DNA of 41,757 bases. Source: a virus. Of this stretch, positions 1 through 6,232 are shown piece after piece. Positions within the stretch are counted from its first letter, which is position 1, and every line of letters starts with the position of its first letter. The notes below the pieces were generated by a model. That model saw nothing but the letters and a program-made list of their open reading frames with translations. It was not told the origin of the DNA and ran no database searches. The translations under genes and the position numbers were made by a program. Where the stretch lies: positions 1 through 41,757 of the IMG/VR virus record IMGVR_UViG_3300029570_000020. The stretch is one strand, 5' to 3'.

Positions 1-170
1 CGCCGGAAACGCCAGCCGTAGCCGCGCCGTACTTGCCGGCCGTAGCCGCGCCGGCATCGCCGGCCGTAGCCGCGCCGTACTTGCCGGCCGTAGCCGCGCC
101 GGCATCGCCGGCCGTAGCCGCGCCGGAAACGCCAGCCGTAGCCGCGCCGTAATCGCCAGCCGTAGCCTGT
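1..170. repeat. 24-bp tandem repeat array (about 7 units in this copy) encoding GAATAG[D/K/V][A/Y/S]
   Basis: Repeated gccg[g/c]...gtagccgcgcc units with a 24-nt period are read directly. The array continues at 41700-41757. Confidence 0.9.
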
Positions 171-502
171 TTGGGGTCTGTGTGTTTCATCGTTGTGTGC
201 TCTTTCACATACTGGATTTGAGCTTTTACAAGTCCGGCAATACCGATTTCTGCTTTCACGGCAATCTTTTTACCGCAGCGCTTGGAATCGCCGCTCATTT
301 GGTAGCTCACATCATCGAGATCAACCTCACAATAACGGCTCGTTTTGCTGGGTGCATAATATGCGAACACATCCAGCGGGCGCTCACAGGCATGGAAACC
401 ACTTTCGCACAGTTTGGCAGTTGATTCCTCGTAGGTCTTGCCGATTTCATACTGGAAATCACGGCATTTCAGGTCTTTGTCAAAGCCTTTATACATTTTC
501 AT
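1..502 (-). CDS. Repeat protein, N-terminal part (Cys/His-containing N-domain plus GAATAGxx octapeptide repeats); continues at 41757..41477 across the circular junction
   Basis: Manual translation from ATG 502 (GGAGG about 8 nt upstream): MKMYKGFDKDLKCRDFQYEIGKTYEESTAKLCESGFHACERPLDVFAYYAPSK...KEHTTMKHTDPKQATAGDYGAATAGVSGAATAGDAGAATAGKYG... There is no stop before position 1, so it is absent from the ORF track. From memory it resembles DUF7666-type phage proteins. Confidence 0.75.
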   Translation of the reverse strand, partial: MKMYKGFDKDLKCRDFQYEIGKTYEESTAKLCESGFHACERPLDVFAYYAPSKTSRYCEVDLDDVSYQMSGDSKRCGKKIAVKAEIGIAGLVKAQIQYVKEHTTMKHTDPKQATAGDYGAATAGVSGAATAGDAGAATAGKYGAATAGDAGAATAGKYGAATAGVSG

Positions 503-752
503 GAATGTTTTCCTCCTGTTTGAGAATCAGCCCGCACAGGGCGTTGAGCGCCAGCAGGGCGGCGAGGGTGGCGGGGATGTTGAGAGAACCGAGCGCAGCC
601 AGCAGCAGCACCAAATCTGCGGTGATTGCAAGCTTGACGGCTGCGCGTTTCAGTGATAGAATACAGTTAGAGCTTTTTGCGATGCTCTGTTCGTTTTGCC
701 GTCTCTGTGTGCCAGCACATGGGCGGCATTTTTTTGTTGCTGCTGCCATCAT
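489..752 (-). CDS. Small membrane protein (hypothetical)
   Basis: ATG 752 overlaps the upstream stop (ATGA). The C-terminal hydrophobic stretch is LAITADLVLLLAALGSLNIPATLAALLALNALCGLIL. Confidence 0.5.
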   Translation of the reverse strand: MMAAATKKCRPCAGTQRRQNEQSIAKSSNCILSLKRAAVKLAITADLVLLLAALGSLNIPATLAALLALNALCGLILKQEENIHENV

Positions 753-1354
753 TCTTTGATTTCCTCCCATTCAAAGCGGCCCTTGCCGCTGTTTCTCCAC
801 TGCCCAAGCCCGCGCTTTGCGCCGTAGTCGAGGCATTCACGAACCATATCCTCAAGCTTGGGGTCAAGGCATTCGATTTCAAACTCTGCTGTTGCACCTG
901 CGGGAACGCTCTCCGACTTTGCGATGCTGACGCGTTCGCCCATCGGGGTTTGCGCCCGCAGGGGGCGCTCGCAGAAATCAACCTTCATGCCGTGCAGGTC
1001 GTAGGGAATCTCGCGCGGGGTAACGAAAATCAAGCCATCGATAGCCTGTTTGTACGCCTTGATAGCTGCGCAAGCCTTGCCGCCTGCATAGCCAGCCTTG
1101 CCCGCTTTGGCAAGCATTTTGCAGCTGTCCTTGAACATACCCTTTACCTGATAGTCATACAGGAACGGCGTGCCGTCGGCAGTTTTGGGAAAGACGGTGA
1201 CGCGGTCTTCTGCGTTCTGCGCCTTGATATTGTCCACTTCTTCGGCGGTGAGGTCGCCGGTGGGGGCCTTGCTGGCAATATAGGTTGCGAGAAGTTCTTC
1301 ATTGCTGGGGGAAGAACCGAGAACTTCTTCCAAAAGAGTGATTTTTACTTTCAT
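749..1354 (-). CDS. Conserved early phage protein of unknown function with a RAMP/Cas7-like motif pattern
   Basis: 201-aa ORF with normal composition. Motifs: YDYQVKGMFKDS, ERVSIAKSESVPAGATAEFEIEC, and the G-rich C-terminus RGLGQWRNSGKGRFEW. Confidence 0.45.
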   Translation of the reverse strand: MKVKITLLEEVLGSSPSNEELLATYIASKAPTGDLTAEEVDNIKAQNAEDRVTVFPKTADGTPFLYDYQVKGMFKDSCKMLAKAGKAGYAGGKACAAIKAYKQAIDGLIFVTPREIPYDLHGMKVDFCERPLRAQTPMGERVSIAKSESVPAGATAEFEIECLDPKLEDMVRECLDYGAKRGLGQWRNSGKGRFEWEEIKE

Positions 1355-1375
1355 GGTGGTTGTCTCCTTTTTTAA

Positions 1376-1878
1376 TAAAATCGGTTGCTTTTCGGTGCCT
1401 ATGCCAGTCTACGCAATGCCTACGCAATGCGGTACTCCGCCATGCCGTTGCGGTGTCATTCGTCGCGTGGCCTCGCCATTCCATTGCCAATCAGAGCAAG
1501 CAGCACAAGGCTTTTCCACTGCTAATCAAATCGGTGCCTCCGAAAAACCTTGCCGGGCTATTCCGTTGCGTTGCATCTCTGTTCACTGCATCGCCTTGCC
1601 TTCGCGTCGAATCTCAATGCTATGCCTCTGCGTCGCAACGAAGCGCTTTGCCGAAGCGGTGCAACTCTACTCATTGCTTTGCCTTGGCAAAGCAACTCTC
1701 CGCCTTACCTTGGCTCTGCGAGACATTTCATTTCCGTTGCAACTCACTTCAATACCAAGCCTTGCCTTTGCAGCTCCATACACGGCTTAGCCTTTGCTTA
1801 TCTAACGAAGCAGTTCCGTTGCCATGCAATGCACCTCCATGCCATTGCTGTGCCTGGCTAAGCGGCGCAATGCCGCTG
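1376..1878. repeat. About 500-bp non-coding, motif-iterated region (candidate origin/iteron or regulatory leader)
   Basis: No credible ORF on either strand. CCGTTGC occurs 4 times (1445, 1563, 1734, 1816). GCAATGC occurs 4 times (1413, 1424, 1826, 1867). GCAACTC occurs 3 times (1661, 1692, 1739). There is a perfect 10-bp inverted repeat at 1674-1695. Confidence 0.5.
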
Positions 1879-2175
1879 CTACATAAGGATTTCTCGCAGC
1901 TCGGCAAGAACGCTGTCGATGCGCTCCTCGCGGGTGAGTTCGTGCGGTTTGCCGGGTTTGACGCGCCCGGATGGGAAGTAAGTTGCGAACTCGTCAAGCG
2001 AGATGTCAAGCATCTGGCAGACGGTGCAGACCTCCGGCCAGCGCCAATCATTAGCGCCGTTGATGCGGTTTGACATCTGCGTTTTGGACAAGGCGCAGAC
2101 ATCTGCAAGGCGCTGTTTGTTGTAGCCCTTGCTTTTGATTAGAGCTGTAAAAGCAAGGTTTGTCATGGTGGTCAC
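1879..2175 (-). CDS. XRE-like helix-turn-helix early regulator
   Basis: 98 aa. KQRLADVCALSKTQMSNRING shows an HTH pattern. It overlaps the upstream gene by 4 nt. Confidence 0.6.
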   Translation of the reverse strand: MTTMTNLAFTALIKSKGYNKQRLADVCALSKTQMSNRINGANDWRWPEVCTVCQMLDISLDEFATYFPSGRVKPGKPHELTREERIDSVLAELREILM

Positions 2176-2366
2176 TCCTTTCTTTCTGCGATCAGTTCAC
2201 TTACAGCCGCTTCCATCTTTTTCTGAATGTCGGGCGGTTTGCGCTTGCTGTTCAGAATCAAGCAGATATACGGCTTACCGTAACCGAGCTTTTTTGCTAC
2301 ATCTTCATAGGAAATGTCGTTGTTGTGCATCTTCCCAATCAAACGACCAGTCCAAGCTTCGGGCAT
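2172..2366 (-). CDS. Cro-like small DNA-binding protein
   Basis: 64 aa. ISYEDVAKKLGYGKPYICLILN is HTH-like. GGGAGGTG RBS. First gene of the leftward early operon, divergent from the CI-like gene. Confidence 0.55.
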   Translation of the reverse strand: MPEAWTGRLIGKMHNNDISYEDVAKKLGYGKPYICLILNSKRKPPDIQKKMEAAVSELIAERKE

Positions 2367-2404
2367 TTTTTCACCTCCCTAGTAAAAATTAGAAGTAAAC
2401 AAAA

Positions 2405-2433
2405 TTGACTGCCGCGACACAATACGCTATAAT
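2405..2433 (+). promoter_or_regulatory. Consensus sigma-70-type promoter P1 (TTGACT-17-TATAAT)
   Basis: TTGACT at 2405-2410, 17-nt spacer, TATAAT at 2428-2433, read directly. Confidence 0.7.
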
Positions 2434-2439
2434 CTGAAT

Positions 2440-2734
2440 TGCCAGAGTAAGGCAGAAAGGAAGGTGGTCGTCCCTTGACCCAACTTTTGAGTATGCCAGT
2501 TCCAGACTAAAGAAATTGCGTAACGCGCTATGGCTTAAACGGCTGCCCCAAAGCTGCCAAAGGTTACGGCAAGTCCACAGAATTGCAAGTTCGTTTTGCA
2601 AGCAGCGGATGCGCATTGCACAAAGGACCGTGTACTTGCCCGCTCACATTGAGCGGTTCCGTTGCTGCAAACTTGTTCTGGTAAAAAACTTTGGGAAAAA
2701 TCCGTCTGCTAACGAACAGCAGGCGGATTTTTTT
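2440..2734 (+). ncRNA. Candidate ~295-nt non-coding RNA in the immunity region
   Basis: Bounded by P1 and an intrinsic terminator. No SD-preceded ORF. Internal hairpins, e.g. CCGCTCA-cat-TGAGCGG around 2640-2657. Confidence 0.5.
2696..2734. terminator. Bidirectional rho-independent terminator
   Basis: Stem 2701-2710 (TCCGTCTGCT) pairs with 2718-2727 (AGCAGGCGGA). A5 lies upstream and T7 downstream. Confidence 0.7.
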
Positions 2735-2756
2735 GCTGTCGCGGCAGTGTAAGGTG

Positions 2757-2785
2757 TTGCAAATGTTTACAAAACGTGCTATATT
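2757..2785 (+). promoter_or_regulatory. Promoter P2 for the CI-like gene (TTGCAA-17-TATATT)
   Basis: Hexamers and 17-nt spacing read directly. The spacer contains TGTTTAC. Confidence 0.55.
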
Positions 2786-2873
2786 GTAGTTGTCAGATAC
2801 GTAATAGCATTTAGTTCAGGCATATAGCTGTCTGGGCTTGGTGTTTTGTTGCGTTTGTTGCCTTACAAGTGCC

Positions 2874-2902
2874 ATTATAACGTAAACATACGCAACAGTC
2901 AA
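2874..2902 (-). promoter_or_regulatory. Consensus leftward promoter P3 (TTGACT-17-TATAAT on the minus strand)
   Basis: The reverse complement of 2897-2902 is TTGACT and that of 2874-2879 is TATAAT, with a 17-nt spacer containing TGTTTAC. It faces P2. Confidence 0.65.
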
Positions 2903-2963
2903 GCGATTTTGTTGCTTTTGTTTACGTTTGTATGATTGCACAAATAATTAGGTGAAAAATTGT

Positions 2964-3314
2964 ATGTTCTATGACAACTTTATTAGATTGTGCGCAAAAG
3001 AAAACATATCCCCCAGTGCGGCAGCAGAAGAGATGGGATTTTACAGGTCTGTTGTTACTCGCTGGGGCAAGGGAGGGAACGTTCGTAAAGCAACGCTTGA
3101 AAGGGTAGCAAACTATTTTGGCGTTACCGTAGACGACCTCATAGGAGACGATTCCGCGCAAAAAGAAAAGCCCACCGCGCAAGGCGATGGGCTAAAACTA
3201 GATTCCTATGAAGACATCGATCAGTGGCTTGACACTTTAGATGGCAAAGGTCTTGATATGGTAATTGCGATGGCAGCAGCAAAGAAGGTGAAAGTCAATG
3301 AAGATAAATCCTGA
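2964..3314 (+). CDS. CI-like XRE-family repressor
   Basis: ISPSAAAEEMGFYRSVVTRWGKGGNVRKATLERVANYFGVTVDDL is a classic XRE HTH. SD AGGTG lies 8-9 nt upstream of ATG 2964; the track starts at the in-frame GTG 2952. Confidence 0.8.
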   Translation: MFYDNFIRLCAKENISPSAAAEEMGFYRSVVTRWGKGGNVRKATLERVANYFGVTVDDLIGDDSAQKEKPTAQGDGLKLDSYEDIDQWLDTLDGKGLDMVIAMAAAKKVKVNEDKS

Positions 3315-3732
3315 TTGCGTCCGAGATGTTATGCTCGGTCTTGAAGAACAGCTCGGTTTGTTCCTGAATGATAAATGCAGTATGGAGTTTGAATGTTCCA
3401 GCCCTGATAAGCTGAAAAAATCCTCTTTTATGAGGGGCAAAGGCTATTCCCGGGAAGATATATTTTATTCTTGCTTGCAGGCTGCTGAAAATGGCTATAT
3501 CGTGGCAGAATATCGAATAGACAAAGAACTCAGAACGATAGAGTTTTTTTATATTATGTATATCACGCCAAAAGGCCATGACTTTATTGCGTCAATTTCC
3601 AATCAGCAGACGTGGCAGAAAAAAATAAAGCCCACCTTGTCAGCGGTTGGCAATGTGTCTCTTACTGTGATTGAAACGATTGCAAAAGGTGCGGTAACTG
3701 CGCTTATTGAGCATCATCAATCCGGCTCTTAA
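3298..3732 (+). CDS. DUF2513-like winged-helix protein co-transcribed with the repressor
   Basis: Overlaps the CI-like 3' end by 17 nt. MKINPDCVRDVMLGLEEQ... and ITPKGHDFIASISNQQTWQKKIK fit the DUF2513 pattern recalled from memory. Confidence 0.55.
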   Translation: MKINPDCVRDVMLGLEEQLGLFLNDKCSMEFECSSPDKLKKSSFMRGKGYSREDIFYSCLQAAENGYIVAEYRIDKELRTIEFFYIMYITPKGHDFIASISNQQTWQKKIKPTLSAVGNVSLTVIETIAKGAVTALIEHHQSGS

Positions 3733-3943
3733 AGGCATTGTGCGGGCGGAACGCCGTGTTCCCCTGTGCTGCAATTACACTGGCCGCAATAGCTCTGTCC
3801 AGCTCTAACGGAAGATTTTGTGCATCGTAAAAGTTCATGCCGGAGACTTCAATCAGTTTCAGCATTTTTTCGATGACTTCATCCTTTTTCTTCCTGTACT
3901 CGCTGTCGTCGCACTTGTTGTAGACATCAATTCTATCCCGCAT
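3704..3943 (-). CDS. Hypothetical protein (79 aa)
   Basis: ORF track. AT-rich. Its start overlaps the stop of the upstream small ORF. Confidence 0.45.
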   Translation of the reverse strand: MRDRIDVYNKCDDSEYRKKKDEVIEKMLKLIEVSGMNFYDAQNLPLELDRAIAASVIAAQGNTAFRPHNAFKSRIDDAQ

Positions 3944-4082
3944 TGCTTGTCTCCTTTATAACCTCATTACAAATTGCAATAGCATCTTTGAGCGGCAGTT
4001 CCCGCATAAGTTGCTTTGCGCGTTCTCTTAAACTAAGTATCGTACTTTTTTCGACTTCTGTCAATTGTTCTTTTTTCATCAT
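3933..4082 (-). CDS. Hypothetical small protein (48-49 aa)
   Basis: Manual read: (M)MKKEQLTEVEKSTILSLRERAKQLMRELPLKDAIAICNEVIKETSNAG. GGGGG SD upstream. Below the track length cutoff. Confidence 0.4.
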   Translation of the reverse strand: MMKKEQLTEVEKSTILSLRERAKQLMRELPLKDAIAICNEVIKETSNAG

Positions 4083-4114
4083 AATTCCCCCAAATTAAAT
4101 AAGGTTGTGATACT

Positions 4115-4525
4115 ATGGGCTTTTTTGACTTTTTGAAGCCAAAACCGCAAAAGCCTGTTCCTGTTAAACAAACGCAATCAAAAAGGATTGAAAATGTCGT
4201 GTTTGATGATCCAGAAATTAGAAAGTTACAGCGCGATTTAAAAGCGCAGGACAAGCAGCTTGAACAAATCAAATACGCAGAATCCTATTTTGAAAAAACG
4301 GGTGATATTGGGTTTTTGGTTGAATTTTGGGAGGGCATCTGGAAAAGCGGCGGGCTGCTGTTCAACGGTTCAAAATGGACATTCCGGCTCCCTGATTTGT
4401 ATATAAAAATTGGCGAATACGATAAAGCACTTTCTATTTTAAAGAAAATAAAAAATCCGTATTACACAGATAGGCGAGATTCTTATATTGAACGAGTGAA
4501 AAAGATGCAAAGTAAGAACCGATAA
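4115..4525 (+). CDS. Hypothetical protein (136 aa), possibly TPR-like at the C-terminus
   Basis: ORF track. MGFFDFLKPK start. AT-rich passenger gene between the repressor block and the integrase. Confidence 0.5.
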   Translation: MGFFDFLKPKPQKPVPVKQTQSKRIENVVFDDPEIRKLQRDLKAQDKQLEQIKYAESYFEKTGDIGFLVEFWEGIWKSGGLLFNGSKWTFRLPDLYIKIGEYDKALSILKKIKNPYYTDRRDSYIERVKKMQSKNR

Positions 4526-4825
4526 GTGTATTTTACACAACCAGCAGTTGTGTTTCAACAGTTTCACAAAAATACTCATTTGTCAAGTATTTGCTGTCCT
4601 ATATATCGGATTTCCAGCACTTGACAACCGTTTTTTTTGGTCGTTTCCGTCCATGATGGGACGGCGGCTTGTTTACCAGCCTTTCCATTTGTCTGCCCCC
4701 CTTGACCAAAATTGTACTGCATTCACATATGTTTTTTTGTCGGAGGATGTAAATAACCAAAAAAGAAACTGCGATACACGACTGATCGTCGGCATTTGCA
4801 TCGTATCTGTCGTGTTTATCAGATA

Positions 4826-4866
4826 TTAAAAAAGCCCCTGCCGGTGTTCGCACCACCGGCAAGGGC
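4826..4866 (-). terminator. Rho-independent terminator oriented leftward, upstream of int
   Basis: 13-bp stem 4834-4846 / 4854-4866. On the minus strand it is followed by T6 (plus-strand A-run 4827-4833). Confidence 0.45.
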
Positions 4867-4928
4867 AAGAGCCGTCAACATAAAAAGTTGACGGCATTAT
4901 TATAACACACAAAAAAAGGAGCCGCAAT

Positions 4929-6014
4929 ATGAAAAGAACAAATACAGCGAGATGGATTGAATCTGCCCAGCGTTGGCAGATAAACGTGCAGAAAGACGGC
5001 GTGCGCAAGACGTTTACCAGCGCCAAACCGGGCCGCACAGGCCAGAGGGAAGCTAACAAAAAAGCAGATGAATGGCTTGACATAGGCGTAAAGACGGAAC
5101 GCATTAAGGTTTCTGACGCATGGGAACAGTTGCTGCAGCAGAAAAAACTTGTGTCTGATGCAGAATACAAAAACATGGCATCGTTCGGCCGCTCCCATTT
5201 GCTGCCGGCCATCGGGATCAAGTCGATAAAAACCGTTACTGAACAGGATTTCCAAAAAATTATAGATTATGCGTTTCGCCATCCACAGGGGAACAGCAAA
5301 GATCCCTTATCCAAAAAGACGTTACAGAACTATGCCAGCTACTGCAAGCAGTTTGTGAATTTTTGCCGAAAATCAAAATGGACAACGCTTGAGCTTGAGG
5401 AGTTACAGATTCCGGCAGCGTCCAGAAAAAAAGGAAAGAACGTGCTGACAGTTGAAGCGCTGAACACGCTGTTAAAAGTAGATACGACCATCATGCGCGG
5501 AAAATCTGTGCATGATGAATACATAAATTATTATAGGTTCCAAGTGCTAACAGGCATGCGGCCCGGTGAAATGCGGGGGCTGCGATGGGAAGATGTTGAC
5601 GGGAATCTGTGCAGACTAAAGCAGGCTATCAATGCGCACGGTCAAATCACGCAGGGAAAAAACGAAAACGCATTGCGCACGGTAGTGCTATCCAGACGCG
5701 CAGTGGACGTGCTGGAAGCTCAGAAAGCAGTGACTGGAAAGCAGGCCTATATCTTTCCAATGGCATCCATGCACACCTATTACCACCGCTGGCAGCGCTA
5801 TCAGCGCTCTAATGACATGCCGGAGCTGAGTCTTTACGAACTGCGCCACACGTTTGTGAGTATTGCGAAGGAGCTGCCGACTGGCGAGTTAAAGCAGCTA
5901 GTCGGGCATAGCGAGGATATGGACACATACGGCACATACTCCCACTACATCGCTGGAGATGACGAACGGACAGCCAAAAACCTACAAGAAATCTTTGATA
6001 GATTGGTGGACTAA
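4929..6014 (+). CDS. int: Tyrosine recombinase / phage integrase
   Basis: 361 aa. Motifs TGMRPGEMRGLRWEDV, LYELRHTFVS and GHSEDMDTYGTYSHY (R..HxxR..Y catalytic pattern). Adjacent to attP. Confidence 0.9.
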   Translation: MKRTNTARWIESAQRWQINVQKDGVRKTFTSAKPGRTGQREANKKADEWLDIGVKTERIKVSDAWEQLLQQKKLVSDAEYKNMASFGRSHLLPAIGIKSIKTVTEQDFQKIIDYAFRHPQGNSKDPLSKKTLQNYASYCKQFVNFCRKSKWTTLELEELQIPAASRKKGKNVLTVEALNTLLKVDTTIMRGKSVHDEYINYYRFQVLTGMRPGEMRGLRWEDVDGNLCRLKQAINAHGQITQGKNENALRTVVLSRRAVDVLEAQKAVTGKQAYIFPMASMHTYYHRWQRYQRSNDMPELSLYELRHTFVSIAKELPTGELKQLVGHSEDMDTYGTYSHYIAGDDERTAKNLQEIFDRLVD

Positions 6015-6039
6015 AAAGTACACACTAAAAGTACACACT
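6014..6039 (+). promoter_or_regulatory. Arm-type repeats, left arm: AAAAGTACACACT x2 in tandem
   Basis: Perfect 13-bp tandem copies at 6014-6026 and 6027-6039. Confidence 0.55.
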
Positions 6040-6139
6040 TTTTTTCTTAAATGTATGAAATAATAGAAAAAGTATGTGATAAAGCAAAAAATATAGCAAT
6101 ATACCGCTATATTTTCAACCACTAAAAGCATTGTGTATA

Positions 6140-6163
6140 GTTCGAGTCCTGTCACCTCGACCA
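6140..6163 (+). other. attP core: 3' end of a tRNA gene (T-loop, 3' acceptor strand, CCA)
   Basis: GTTCGAGTCCTGTCACCTCGACCA reads as T-loop TTCGAGT, T-stem CCTGT, acceptor CACCTCG, discriminator A, CCA. The upstream sequence is AT-rich and not tRNA-like. Confidence 0.65.
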
Positions 6164-6167
6164 AAAC

Positions 6168-6208
6168 AAATGCCGTAGATTCGTTATAATCTACGGCATT
6201 TTCTTTTT
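6168..6208. terminator. Bidirectional rho-independent terminator
   Basis: 13-bp stem AAATGCCGTAGAT (6168-6180) pairs with ATCTACGGCATTT (6189-6201). T-rich on the plus side and A-rich upstream. Confidence 0.7.
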
Positions 6209-6210
6209 CA

Positions 6211-6232
6211 AGTACACGTTTTAGTACACACT
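6211..6232 (+). promoter_or_regulatory. Arm-type repeats, right arm: AGTACAC / AGTACACACT
   Basis: Same motif and orientation as the left arm, at 6211-6217 and 6223-6232. Confidence 0.5.

Noticed and set aside
1-170. CRISPR array (regular short repeats); also considered for 32348..32419
   Set aside because: The repeats are contiguous with no spacers. Their periods are 24 bp and 9 bp, in frame inside ORFs. These are coding tandem repeats, and no cas genes are present.
1299-2108. ORFs 1302..1790, 1360..2073 and 1550..1861 (+), and 1749..2108 and 1299..1490 (-)
   Set aside because: The translations are repetitive, Cys/Leu/Pro/Ala-rich products of the iterated DNA motifs. They overlap real genes at both ends, and none has an RBS.
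2455-2475. T-box or other known riboswitch in the P1 RNA (AAAGGAAGGTGGTCGTCCC resembles the T-box GGTGG core)
   Set aside because: The motif lies at the 5' end rather than in a 3' antiterminator. No specifier-loop architecture or competing antiterminator with the 2701-2727 terminator could be traced. A c-di-GMP-I-like match was also not convincing.
2389-2752. Protein-coding ORFs 2389..2616 (-) and 2516..2752 (+) in the immunity intergenic region
   Set aside because: Neither has a Shine-Dalgarno sequence. The plus-strand ORF reads through an intrinsic terminator. The translations are Cys/Arg/Leu-rich and unlike proteins.
3704-4082. Toxin-antitoxin pair (two small, translationally coupled genes)
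   Set aside because: No recognisable toxin or antitoxin motifs (no PIN, RelE, HTH or RHH signature) were found. The sizes alone are not evidence.
6140-6163. A tRNA gene next to the integrase
   Set aside because: Only the T-loop, the 3' acceptor strand and CCA are present. The 60 nt upstream are AT-rich and cannot form D or anticodon arms. It is interpreted as the attP core copy of the host tRNA 3' end.
5982-6164. 60-aa minus-strand ORF across attP
   Set aside because: It is an AT-rich, Phe/Tyr/Ile-rich translation of the attP arm region. It overlaps the int 3' end and the tRNA-like core, and it has no RBS.
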